The notes beneath the pieces were generated by a model, which saw only the letters and a list, made by a program, of their open reading frames with translations, did not search any database and had not been told where the DNA came from. DNA of 63,076 bases, filler included, from Octopus bimaculoides (lineage: Eukaryota): the NCBI RefSeq assembly GCF_001194135.2. It is 8 parts of 8 records of this genome, joined end to end, with 100 filler letters (N's around TTAATTAATTAA, not from the genome) between each part and the next. Parts side by side here need not be neighbours in the genome. Positions count along the whole stretch, not along the records: positions 1 to 20,654 come from NC_068997.1; positions 20,755 to 35,940 come from NC_068987.1; 6 more parts are not named here. One strand, 5' to 3'. The position numbers and the translations under genes were made by a program. The stretch's first letter is position 1; each line of letters begins with the position of its first letter. Shown here one piece after another: positions 14,328 to 25,925 of this stretch.

Positions 14328-14739
14328 GCATCCGCACGTAATGACCCGAGATGACGCCTTTCCCAGCAATAAAAAAAAATATGTACTTCCATTATATTTC
14401 AAAACACAAACACACACATATGCAGACACACGTACACACGCGTGAATGTAAAGTGCTACGAATTTGAAAATGTCGAAGAGTTCCAACACTGCTTTGAACA
14501 GTGGAAAACGCGTCCGGACCGATGCATTGTTTCAAATGTAGAATACTTCGAAGGCAAGTAAAGTGTAAGCATGTAAAACTAAATGAAATAATATTGCAAA
14601 ATTCTGGTTTCTTTTGGGTAGCTTCTCGTACATTTTGCAACAAGAGGAGCGGAGATCTCAAGAGTCAAGCGCTCAATGCGTGATTTGGGTTTTGATGAGA
14701 GCAACAACGCCTCGTTTCATGTATATATCATCAGGAAAG

Positions 14740-15118
14740 TGGAGACGCAAAGGCCCAGTGGTTAGGGCAGCGGACTCGCGGACATAGGATCGCGGTTTCG
14801 ATTCCCAGACCGGGCGTTGTGAGTGTTTATCGAGCGAAAACACCTAAAGTTCCACGAGGCTCCGGCAGGGGATGGTGGCGAACCCTGCTGTTCTCTTCCA
14901 CAACTTTCTCTCACTCTTACTTCCTGTTTCTGTTGTACCTGTAATTCAAAGGGTCAGCCTTGTCAAACTTTGTCACGCTGAATATCCCCGAGAACTACGT
15001 TAAGGGTACACGTGTCTGTGGAGTGCTCAGCCACTTGCATGTTAATTTCACGAGCAGGCTGTTCCGTTGATCGGATCAACTGGAACCCTCGACGTCGTAA
15101 GCGACGGAGTGCCAATGC
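14740..15118 (+). mobile_element. SINE family C, full length, with 11-bp target-site duplication
   Basis: A-box-like GGCCCAGTGG and B-box GGTTTCGATTCCC. Flanked by identical CATCAGGAAAG at 14729-14739 and 15119-15129. Second copy at 33891. Confidence 0.92.
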
Positions 15119-15419
15119 CATCAGGAAAGCGGGAATGTAGAGGCGAATCGTAAAATGGATCCTGCAAGCTGACATAATAATGATTCAGGAAACTAATACC
15201 AGTTCTATTGAGTAAGTTTATCCACAGGCATTTGGACTACTGCTCTCAAAATACGGTCATTCCACTGCGCCAAATTAGTAGTCGAACTTGTGGCAATTCA
15301 GAAGTGCTACACCAGGAAGATTACCAGGAAGCTACATCAGGAAAAAGGGCTGAGCTACTGAGAGAGACTAAGTCGTATATATTTATGTATAGGGTTTCGT
15401 CAAAGGAGATCGATAAAAT

Positions 15420-15535
15420 AAGGACCGAGCTTAAAAAAAGTATTATTGGAGTTCGTTCATTCGATTAAAAATTTAAGGCAGCGCGGTGCCCCAGCATGGC
15501 CGCAGACGAATGACTGAAGCAAGTAAAAGATAAAC
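15420..15535 (+). mobile_element. SINE family A 3' fragment
   Basis: GCGGTGCCCCAGCATGGCCGCAGACGAATGACTGAAGCAAGTAAAAGATAAA. Confidence 0.7.
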
Positions 15536-15565
15536 AATTAAAGGAATATATGTATACTTATATCA

Positions 15566-15605
<40 letters not shown>

Positions 15606-16748
15606 NNNNNNNNNNNNNNNNNNNNNNNNNNNNNNNNNNNNNNNNNNNNNNNNNNNNNNNNNNNNNNNNNNNNNNNNNNNNNNNNNNNNNNNNNNNNNNN
15701 NNNNNNNNNNNNNNNNNNNNNNNNNNNNNNNNNNNNNNNNNNNNNNNNNNNNNNNNNNNNNNNNNNNNNNNNNNNNNNNNNNNNNNNNNNNNNNNNNNNN
15801 NNNNNNNNNNNNNNNNNNNNNNNNNNNNNNNNNNNNNNNNNNNNNNNNNNNNNNNNNNNNNNNNNNNNNNNNNNNNNNNNNNNNNNNNNNNNNNNNNNNN
15901 NNNNNNNNNNNNNNNNNNNNNNNNNNNNNNNNNNNNNNNNNNNNNNNNNNNNNNNNNNNNNNNNNNNNNNNNNNNNNNNNNNNNNNNNNNNNNNNNNNNN
16001 NNNNNNNNNNNNNNNNNNNNNNNNNNNNNNNNNNNNNNNNNNNNNNNNNNNNNNNNNNNNNNNNNNNNNNNNNNNNNNNNNNNNNNNNNNNNNNNNNNNN
16101 NNNNNNNNNNNNNNNNNNNNNNNNNNNNNNNNNNNNNNNNNNNNNNNNNNNNNNNNNNNNNNNNNNNNNNNNNNNNNNNNNNNNNNNNNNNNNNNNNNNN
16201 NNNNNNNNNNNNNNNNNNNNNNNNNNNNNNNNNNNNNNNNNNNNNNNNNNNNNNNNNNNNNNNNNNNNNNNNNNNNNNNNNNNNNNNNNNNNNNNNNNNN
16301 NNNNNNNNNNNNNNNNNNNNNNNNNNNNNNNNNNNNNNNNNNNNNNNNNNNNNNNNNNNNNNNNNNNNNNNNNNNNNNNNNNNNNNNNNNNNNNNNNNNN
16401 NNNNNNNNNNNNNNNNNNNNNNNNNNNNNNGGAAAACATGGATCATAGTTTTTTTGTTCTTTTTTTTGCCTCAGTGTATTTCTATATTTATTTAGGCATT
16501 GTTTTAAATTGTCCAGTGATTCGAAGAATCACAACAACACTCGTAGTGGGAACTTTTATGTGTAGACTAAACAGTTGGTGTTGTTGTTATTGTTGTCGAC
16601 GTCGCTGTCATTACTGTCACCGTTACTTGAGTTGTTACTGCTTAGATGGTCCCCGATGCATTGGACCTGGAACAAAAAAAAAAAAAAGAAAGAAAAAGAA
16701 AGAAAAGAATTCTTGTTTGACCATTTCGCTTATCATTGGTGAATTGAA

Positions 16749-17735
16749 GGCACCGAGCTTAGCAGAATCGTTAGCATGCCGGACAAAAAGCTAGGCGGCA
16801 TTTGTCCGTCTTTACGTTCTGAATTTAAATGTCACGAGAGCATGAAAGGTTCTCGGGTGTCGATAAAATAAATACCAGTTGAGCACTGGTTGTCCATGTA
16901 ATCGACTCGGATCTTGTTCAAAACGGGGGCACCAGTATTATCTTAACGAAACACTTTGAAACTTGGGACACTGGTAGAATGTGTCATATAAAACATCTTT
17001 TTCTCTTTGTCTTCTTAACAAAAAAACGTACATCGCAAGTTATTTCATGTTAAAGTTGTCGTATTTCTATAATTTCAACCAATCACTGACGTCCATTCAG
17101 CCGAATACATTAAATGCTGACTACGTAAACAAACGATTCTCGCGGTGATAAAATTATTATTTCCTTGTCAAAAAATGGCTGAAGCATATTGGCAGTAGCT
17201 AATAAACCTTTCTATTATAGGCACAAGGCATGGTTTTTGAGGGAAGGAGTAANNNNNNNNNNNNNNNNNNNNNNNNNNNNNNNNNNNNNNNNNNNNNNNN
17301 NNNNNNNNNNNNNNNNNNNNNNNNNNNNNNNNNNNNNNNNNNNNNNNNNNNNNNNNNNNNNNNNNNNNNNNNNNNNNNNNNNNNNNNNNNNNNNNNNNNN
17401 NNNNNNNNNNNNNNNNNNNNNNNNNNNNNNNNNNNNNNNNNNNNNNNNNNNNNNNNNNNNNNNNNNNNNNNNNNNNNNNNNNNAGTGTAAACAGCTGAAT
17501 ACTTGTCAGTGATTGGTTGAAATTATCGAAATAAGACAATTTTTTTACATGAAATAAATTCGAATACAAAAATTATTTTCTGTTCTATAACACAAAATAG
17601 ATAAGTATACGAAGTTTGAAAGTCTTTCGGTACCAAAAACACTACATAAAACATAAATGAAAACTGGTGCTCCCGTTTTGAACAAGATCCATCGACTCAC
17701 CCTCAAAATTGCTGGCTTTGTACCAAAATTTGGAA
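16749..17735 (+). mobile_element. SINE family D copy split by a MITE insertion
   Basis: Head GAGCTTAGCAGAATCGTTAGC at about 16756. Body runs to ATCGACTC (16901-16908) and resumes after the MITE at 17691 with ATCGACTCACCCTCAAAATTGCTGGCTTTGTACCAAAATTTG. Confidence 0.8.
16909..17690. mobile_element. Non-autonomous DNA transposon (MITE) with GG termini and 8-bp TSD, Merlin-like
   Basis: 28-bp TIR GGATCTTGTTCAAAACGGGRGCACCAGT (16909-16936 / 17663-17690, one mismatch). Perfect 8-bp TSD ATCGACTC (16901-16908, 17691-17698). Extra subterminal inverted repeat at about 17062-17102 / 17492-17545. Confidence 0.85.
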
Positions 17736-20033
17736 GGAGAACGAAAGTAGAAAAAGAAGCAAAGAATGAAGAAAGAATGAAGGAATGAAGATGAGAGAAA
17801 GAAGGAATAAATGAATTATGATAGAAAGAATGGAATAAATTTCTTCGGAAAATGAATAAGAAAGAAGAAAAGAGAAAGAAAGAAAGAAAGAAGGAAATAA
17901 AGGGGAAAAGGAGGAGAGAAAGAAGAAAGAAAGCAGTAATGAAGAAAGAAAGAAGGAATGAAGAAAGAAAGAGGTAATGAGGAAAGAAAGAGGCAATGAG
18001 GAAAGAAAGAAAATAATTACGATAGTAAGAATGCAAGAAATTTCTTCAAAGAACAAGAGAAGAAGAAAAGAGAAAGAAAAAAGAAGGGAAGAAGGAAGGA
18101 TGGAAGAAAGAAGAAAAAATAGCAGGGTTGCGAGAAGGAAAAAGGATAGGGATCGAAAACAAATATGGAAGACGTCACTTCATTTGGTCACATGTCTGAT
18201 AAGGGATCTGTAGTGATTTTTGTTTTGAGAGCAGACGACAGGCTGTGTATCTGCGTGTATATGTATAGTTGCGTATGTGCGTCTGTGCCTCTGTGTTGAT
18301 GTGCGTGTTTGGCAGTGTGTGTCTGTGATGCGTGTATGTGTATGTATGCGTTACGTCTGTGTGTGTTGTGTGTTTATGTTATGTCTTTCTATGGTTGTTA
18401 GTGCAGTCTTGCGTGTTTGCGTATGCGAGCGCGTGTGTGTATGTATACATATACGTGTGTATTATATACAAACATAAACACATACACATGCATATATGCA
18501 AAGACACACACATATTTATATATCACTGTGCATGTATGTGTATGACTCTATGTTTATATATATGTGTGTGTTTGTGTTTACGTTCCGTTATGTTCCTTAT
18601 AACCTCCAGTTAGCTATAATGGAGCAAACTTATGATTAAAGACGTTCTATCCATAACTAGACTGGTTATACCTGTTATTCTAATGACGTTATCCGAATGT
18701 GACCTTAACTTTTTAAGGTCGTAGGCAATATTTGAGTCAGATTTAGCTGCTGCTTCTAGCAAGCCGGAGACCCTTGTAAAGAAATCCAGTTGGGTTTTGC
18801 AATCGTTTTGCTTAGCGTTCCCTTCCCTCGCTAAAGACAACCAATCAGTAAAGCAGCAGGCATTTCTACGGCAGAAGGGGAGGAATCAGAGAATTAGAGA
18901 GAGAGTGGGAGGAGAATGGAAAGGAAAAGACATAAGCAGTGAGAAAGAAAAGGGGGAAAATGTATTGTAATATGAGTAATAATGATGATGGTGGTGGTGG
19001 TGGTGGTGGTGGTGGTGGTGNNNNNNNNNNNNNNNNNNNNNNNNNNNNNNNNNNNNNNNNNNNNNNNNNNNNNNNNNNNNNNNNNNNNNNNNNNNNNNNN
19101 NNNNNNNNNNNNNNNNNNNNNNNNNNNNNNNNNNNNNNNNNNNNNNNNNNNNNNNNNNNNNNNNNNNNNNNNNNNNNNNNNNNNNNNNNNNNNNNNNNNN
19201 NNNNNNNNNNNNNNNNNNNNNNNNNNNNNNNNNNNNNNNNNNNNNNNNNNNNNNNNNNNNNNNNNNNNNNNNNNNNNNNNNNNNNNNNNNNNNNNNNNNN
19301 NNNNNNNNNNNNNNNNNNNNNNNNNNNNNNNNNNNNNNNNNNNNNNNNNNNNNNNNNNNNNNNNNNNNNNNNNNNNNNNNNNNNNNNNNNNNNNNNNNNN
19401 NNNNNNNNNNNNNNNNNNNNNNNNNNNNNNNNNNNNNNNNNNNNNNNNNNNNNNNNNNNNNNNNNNNNNNNNNNNNNNNNNNNNNNNNNNNNNNNNNNNN
19501 NNNNNNNNNNNNNNNNNNNNNNNNNNNNNNNNNNNNNNNNNNNNNNNNNNNNNNNNNNNNNNNNNNNNNNNNNNNNNNNNNNNNNNNNNNNNNNNNNNNN
19601 NNNNNNNNNNNNNNNNNNNNNNNNNNNNNNNNNNNNNNNNNNNNNNNNNNNNNNNNNNNNNNNNNNNNNNNNNNNNNNNNNNNNNNNNNNNNNNNNNNNN
19701 NNNNNNNNNNNNNNNNNNNNNNNNNNNNNNNNNNNNNNNNNNNNNNNNNNNNNNNNNNNNNNNNNNNNNNNNNNNNNNNNNNNNNNNNNNNNNNNNNNNN
19801 NNNNNNNNNNNNNNNNNNNNNNNNNNNNNNNNNNNNNNNNNNNNNNNNNNNNNNNNNNNNNNNNNNNNNNNNNNNNNNNNNNNNNNNNNNNNNNNNNNNN
19901 NNNNNNNNNNNNNNNNNNNNNNNNNNNNNNNNNNNNNNNNNNNNNNNNNNNNNNNNNNNNNNNNNNNNNNNNNNNNNNNNNNNNNNNNNNNNNNNNNNNN
20001 NNNNNNNNNNNNNNNNGGGGGGGGCGGGGGCGG

Positions 20034-20641
20034 GGGCTAGTTGATTACATGGACCCCAGTGTTTTACTGGTACTTAATTTATCGACCTCGAAAGGATGAA
20101 AGACAAAGTTGACCTCGGTGGAATTTGAACTCAGAACGTAGCGGGAGACGAAATACCGCTAAGTATTTCGCCCGGCGTGCTAACGTTTCTGCCAGCACGC
20201 CGCCTTTATAATAACAGCAGCAACAGCAACAACAACAACAACGACGACAACAACAACAACAACAACAACAATAATAATAATAATCCCTTCTATTATAGGC
20301 ACACGGCCTGAAATTTGGGGGAGGGGACATTGAACTCACAATGTAAAAGACAGACGAAGTACCGCTAAGCATTTTTTTTTTCCGGCGATTCTTTCATCTC
20401 TTAAAGTATGTTAGTATTCTTTTCTACGCTAGGCACAGGGCTCCAAATTTTGTGGGGGAGGAGGCCAGTCGATTAGATTGACCCCCACCCCTCAGTATGC
20501 AACTGACACTTAATTTATCGACCCTGAAAGGATGAAAGGCAAAGTCGACCTCGGCGGAATTTGAACAAGAACCTAAAGACTGACGCAATACCGCTAAGCA
20601 TTTCGCCCTGCGTGCTAACGTTTCTGCCAGCTCGCTGCCTT
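20034..20641 (-). mobile_element. Three SINE family D copies (about 20034-20208, 20285-20375 internally deleted, 20420-20641)
   Basis: Repeated CGAAAGGATGAAAG..AAAGTCGACCTCGG.GGAATTTGAAC and CCGCTAAGCATTT motifs, separated by (CAA)n/(TAA)n. Confidence 0.88.
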
Positions 20642-20654
20642 AAAGTATGCTAAT

Positions 20655-20754
20655 NNNNNNNNNNNNNNNNNNNNNNNNNNNNNNNNNNNNNNNNNNNNTT
20701 AATTAATTAANNNNNNNNNNNNNNNNNNNNNNNNNNNNNNNNNNNNNNNNNNNN
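20655..20754. other. Artificial contig-joining linker (44 N + TTAATTAATTAA + 44 N). The 12-mer recurs at 35985, 47201, 50410, 56843, 60457 and 61844.
   Basis: Identical 12-mer with stop codons in all six frames, always centred in N runs. Confidence 0.95.
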
Positions 20755-20755
20755 G

Positions 20756-21081
20756 AAACGGGCTGATTACTACCTAGCTCAGATACCAGGAAACCCCAAA
20801 ATGGCTGAAGTTCAAAAGATAGTGCTCATGGGAACTGCCCATATCCTACGTAAAATATTGTCTATGTGATCTCAAATTTTAAAGCAAGCACATAATTTTC
20901 TTATGGTTTCTTAAACATTCACTTGAACAAAACTGTACAAATCCAAATATATGGTACCCTAGGCATAACACCTACATGAACTTCTAACTTGTTGTCTCTT
21001 GAGGTCTCTGGGTGAGACTTGGATCCAACTTGTACAAATGCAAAACAAAAGTCAAACATAAAATAATAATAATAATAATAA
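20756..21081 (+). mobile_element. 3' end of an R4/Dong-like RLE non-LTR retrotransposon (ORF C-terminus, 3' UTR, (TAA)n tail)
   Basis: 20756-20869 translates to KRADYYLAQIPGNPKMAEVQKIVLMGTAHILRKILSM*, the QK.vLlGTA.ILRK.L terminus typical of R4/Dong ORFs. Ends in AATAATAATAATAATAAT. Confidence 0.75.
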
Positions 21082-21082
21082 T

Positions 21083-21235
21083 GAATTTGACAAATTAACA
21101 TTTGGAATTTCACAAGTTAATTAAATCAGGAATTTGACAAAAAAAAAGTAAATAAGGAATTTAACAAATTAAGTAAATAAGAATTTGACAAATTAAGTAA
21201 ATAAGGAATCTGACAAATTAAATACATAAGGAATC
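21083..21235 (+). repeat. Imperfect minisatellite of about 24 bp (GGAATTTGACAAATTAAGTAAATAA-like), about 6 units
   Basis: Directly visible. Confidence 0.75.
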
Positions 21236-22520
21236 TTCTCTTTTCGTATCCTTGCGATCCGCCTTTCTCTCCTCCATGGTCCGCCCCTACCGATGATTCT
21301 CCATTCTCTGTTGTTTCAAGTCCAAATCTTTTCTCTCCTTCCTGATAGATTATATTAGCCAAGTTCTCGAACTTTTGTTCGTCATCCCCTTTGAATTTGG
21401 TGATCATTCTTATTTCTTTATTCCCCACAAGGAGCTAAACATAGAGGGGACAAACAAGGACAGATAAAGGGATTAAGTCGATTACATCGACACCAGTGTG
21501 TAACTGGTATTTAATTTATTGACCCCGAAAGGATGAAAGCAAAGTCGACCTCGGCGGAGTTTGAACTCAGAACGTAACGGCAGACGAAATACCGCTAAGC
21601 ATTTCGCCCGGCGTGCTAACGATTCTGCCAGCGCGCCGCCTTTGGTGGTCATTCTTGATGGTCATTCTTGCTACCTCGTCATCGAATTTTTTATAGCTCG
21701 CTGCATCATTTGCCTTCGGCCACTTAATCTTTGGCTTCTTCACGCCTATCTCTTTTCTTGGCTGTTCCGATTCAACTGTGGAATGACCCTCGCTATGGTT
21801 TCTTTCCATGAGGTTCTGGCCACACGTCTTCTGGTTTTTCAACCCGCACTATTGAATCACTTTCTTCTGATACACATTCCCTTGGTGAATTCTCAGCCCG
21901 ATTTAACTAGAAAACACCTTTCCGCAGCAGCTGAATTCCTCATCTACCTTTCCTTTACGTTTCCTTTCTCGTTGTTCATTTCCGGTCCTGGTCCATTCCT
22001 TTTTCTGTCCCTGTTTGAGGCGTCGTTCTCCCCCGCCCCCCCCCCGAGCTCCAGGATCATGGGGGCATGGTTCATCATGCTTACTTTTTGCAACTTTACT
22101 CCGGATCGGGCTGCAAACCCATTTGATCTTTCGTTACACTGTCATACTGTCAAGCGTCTCTACGCTTTGTCATCCTGCTTTCTGGATTGTCAGCAAGTCT
22201 TTCGCTGCAGTCAGTATCTGAGGAATTCCAACCACGTTTCGTGGTTCGCCACCTCAACAGCTCCTTTATAGGATCCAGTGGCTAAAAACATCATCAGAAG
22301 GAACCACGTCTGGTTTCAGGCCCTACTCCTCTACCGTTTTCGACGTGGCGGGACCCCACTTTCGGAGATATTTCTTCTTTCTCCTTTTCTTCTGTTCTTT
22401 GGTTTCTTCGATGCAGCGTCAACGAATGTCAGCGGGCGACTGACCATCCTGCCAAATTTCCCTTTAAATACTCGTATCTGGTTTTCAGTATTATATTTTT
22501 TTTGGTTTTCATATTATATT
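21236..22520 (-). mobile_element. Decayed 5' portion of a Hero-like RLE LINE, interrupted by a SINE
   Basis: Minus strand gives an N-terminal zinc-finger remnant EFSCCGKVFSS*IGLRIHQG (about 21870-21940). It then gives KKPKIKWPKANDAASYKKFDDEVARM / KFKGDDEQKFENLANIIYQEGEKRFG, homologous to RPRILWPVANEKEKYKEFE...IYDTGKELFG of the element at 46746-47150. Confidence 0.72.
21412..21641 (-). mobile_element. SINE family D variant (different 3' tail) inserted in the Hero-like ORF
   Basis: Family D head and body. Flanked by near-identical TTTGGTGATCATTCTT (21396-21411) and TTTGGTGGTCATTCTT (21641-21656). Confidence 0.85.
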
Positions 22521-22569
22521 TTTTCTTTAATTTTCAGATTTTTGTTTGTTTGATAGTCTTGTCAAATTT

Positions 22570-23760
22570 AAGGTTTTTTAAACATTCCATGTCAGACCTA
22601 AGTAGCTGAATTTAGTGCTGAATACGCTGTTGCCAAGTAGGCTCTTTGTGAGAATGTTGTCGTTTTCTAATCTTTTCACCACATAGAATCATTGAGATTT
22701 TTGCGGATGCATAGTACAGGTGATTGAGATCTGTAATGTCAACATCATTAGCTGAAATTATATCCTTAAGTGCAAGGCGGATTTTACCAATTACTTTCAG
22801 GTTTTACTTAGAGTTGCGAATTTTTGGGAGAGTGTCACGTTCATTCATACTGGTTTCTTTAATTTTCATCCATTCCGTCATGATTTGATTTTTTAGATCA
22901 TCTAGTACAGTTGGGTCAATTTCTGTGTGACTTTCTTCATCTATTTGATTTTCGTCTGCCTTGGGGTTTTATGGTTTGTACAGAGAGTATTCCACTTTGC
23001 TTCTCAGTTACACTGATTCTTTCTATCATTACTGCATGTTTTCCTCAGACCTGGGTTGGTCTATAATTATTTCCTCTATAGTATCTTCGTTACCTGCAAC
23101 TTCGTTCCCTTTATCCCTTACTGATCGTTTAATTTGGTCAATCTCTAATTCAGTTAGTAATTTCGTTTTCATAATGTTTCTTCTGACGTTGGCAAGTTTG
23201 TTAGTGTCTATGCAGGATCTTACTTCAAGGTGCTTCTATCTCCAGTTTAGGTAGGTTTGTTCAGTATTAGGTTTATTTGTGGGGAAATACATGGCATGAT
23301 AGAAGACCTTATGAACTTCTTTATTATCTCCCCTAGACCATTTTCATTCTTTTTCTTTTGGTTATTTGATGACGAGAGTGGATAGCCACCTGTTGGAATA
23401 TTCCGGTTGTGGGGTACTTCCAGCTCCTGTGTTTGGGGAAGATTTGGACCAGTAGCTGATTCTTCGTACCCAGTCTGGTTCCTCACTGCGGTGCACGGTC
23501 CTTGTTGAACCAGATGATGGCAGATCTGGTTTGTATTTTGCTTTGTTATCTTTGGACGAGCTTGGAGGTTCACATTAGGGGATGAATCTGTCTGTTTAGG
23601 GTTAATTTTTTGAGACAACACCACTTCCGAGTTCTCTGAATGAAAACATTGCTCGCAACGTAACTTCTTAAGGCTAACAGATCTGTATTCGTCTGTATTT
23701 TCTTTGATGATAGATTTATCACCAGGCATAGTTTTTGTAGTGTTTTTAAACTTATGAATC
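22570..23760 (-). mobile_element. Decayed N-terminal part of an R4/Dong-like LINE ORF
   Basis: Minus-strand translation KWSRGDNKEVHKVFYHAMYFP...EQTYLNWR*...DTNKLANVRRNIMKTKLLTELEIDQIK (Myb-like region). Further on DITDLNHLYYASA and EPTWQQRIQH*IQLLRSD, motifs I recognise from R4-clade ORFs. Multiple stops. Confidence 0.7.
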
Positions 23761-24489
23761 GTTCACTCTATATTAATTCGAAAAATAATTGTTTTGCTTT
23801 ATTTTGTTTTGTTTTTGTTTTTTTGTTTTTTGGGAGGGGTTTTTTGCTTCGTTTGTGACATGTGCTTTCATATGCGTGTATGTGTGTCCTGTAAATTTCA
23901 CGTAGTTGTGTAAACATTGGGATGTATGTGTAGTCCTATGGGTACTAAGATGTAGATATTATTGTGTAGATATTCGAGTGTATGCGTAATTAATCAGTTT
24001 ACGTACTTATTGTTTTGTTCCACTTATATTTTATAATTTGTAAACTTTCCGATGTTGATTTTGCATGTGTGTCTTTCGCACGTGTTTCACTCAGACATGG
24101 TGCATGGAAGAAAGTGTGCTTTGTGTGGCAGTAAAATTTCGTTTTTGTGATTATTTTCGTTAAAAGACCGCTTCCTTTCAAGTCTTCCACGGGTTCCTTT
24201 ATCCCATTCCAACGATGTTATTAGATAAGATTTGCTTTTGAATGGAGAGCCCAGTGTAGCACATCCAAGCTGTTATTCAGCGCGGAGTTCCTTTCTCTAT
24301 TCAGCGCGGAGCTGTTGCTGCTGTTGTTGTGTTTCGTAATATTTTGGCTTATATTCCTATTATTATTTCTTTTATAGAACTTTTTTATCATAATTTTTAC
24401 TAATTGCAACAGAAACATATGTAGGTGCAGAAATGGAAAGACGTGATTGACAGCAAGATAAAACTGAATATATAAATCTCTGTTCACCA

Positions 24490-24625
24490 ACACTTATTCT
24501 TTGTAAGCCTAGTACTTATTCTATCGGTCTCTTTTGCCGAACCGTTAAGTTTCGGGGACATAAACACACCAACATCGGTTGTCAAGTAATGGTGGGGGGA
24601 CAAACACAGACAGAAACACACACAC
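24490..24625 (-). mobile_element. SINE family A 3' half running into (TA)n/N gap
   Basis: CTTATTCTTTGTAAGCCTAGTACTTATTCTATCGGTCTC...CGGTTGTCAAG. Confidence 0.85.
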
Positions 24626-24627
24626 AC

Positions 24628-24669
<42 letters not shown>

Positions 24670-24959
24670 NNNNNNNNNNNNNNNNNNNNNNNNNNNNNNN
24701 NNNNNNNNNNNNNNNNNNNNNNNNNNNNNNNNNNNNNNNNNNNNNNNNNNNNNNNNNNNNNNNNNNNNNNNNNNNNNNNNNNNNNNNNNNNNNNNNNNNN
24801 NNNNNNNNNNNNNNNNNNNNNNNNNNNNNNNNNNNNNNNNNNNNNNNNNNNNNNNNNNNNNNNNNNNNNNNNNNNNNNNNNNNNNNNNNNNNNNNNNNNN
24901 NNNNNNNNNNNNNNNNNNNNNNNNNNNNNNNNNNNNNNNNNNNNNNNNNNNNNNNNNNN

Positions 24960-25033
<74 letters not shown>

Positions 25034-25049
25034 ATATGTATATATATTC

Positions 25050-25480
25050 GTGTTGCAGAAAAAGAGGCAGGTGTCATTCAACTGCGCTCCATAGAATTAC
25101 AGTCGGGGGAATTAGAAAGTCAGAATTGAGGCTGGTGATGTAGAAATTCTCCAACCACCTCTAACTTTCTACGAAGATACCGCAAAGAGCCGAATCCTAC
25201 TGCAATACATGTGGTCGTCCAGCAGCAACCCTCTCCAGCCAGGGTTCGGCTACAGTCTCCAGTAATTTCACATATCATTCAGAACTGAGGCTTTGTTCAA
25301 ATATGTGGCCGGTTTGACGTCGACTCACGGGAGACCCTCACAAAAAAAAAAAACATCACAGTTCCTGCTGTCCACAGCTTCGTAGTCTTCGTTATAGCTG
25401 TCCATGTCACGATTTACAGCCTTTACAATGTTCACAGAGCATTGAGTAGCAGGCATGATGTCAGTATTTTGAAAATCCAA
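25050..25480 (-). mobile_element. Internally deleted Tc1/mariner (maT-like) transposase remnant
   Basis: Minus strand: VNRDMDSYNEDYEAV...YVKLLETVAEPWLERVAAGRPHVLQ*DSA...; homologous to 54525-55122. Confidence 0.72.
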
Positions 25481-25574
25481 CGCGAATCATCATGATGCAA
25501 GTAACTTGTTTCAGTCGTTGGGCTATAGACATGCTGCGGCACTTCACTTTGTATATGTGTGGATGTATGTGTGT

Positions 25575-25925
<351 letters not shown>

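Noticed and set aside
14700-14739. Minus-strand CUGAUGA...GAAACG-AGG-CGUU hammerhead-like string at the SINE C target site
   Set aside because: Stem II is only weak AT pairing and no stem I partner exists even after removing the SINE
21561-22271. 236-aa plus-strand ORF
   Set aside because: Antisense to the SINE and Hero-like fragment; no recognisable domain
22225-22320. CUGAUGA and GAAAC in the 5' region of the first Hero-like fragment
   Set aside because: No UH site with a matching stem III or stem I in any strand order I could build
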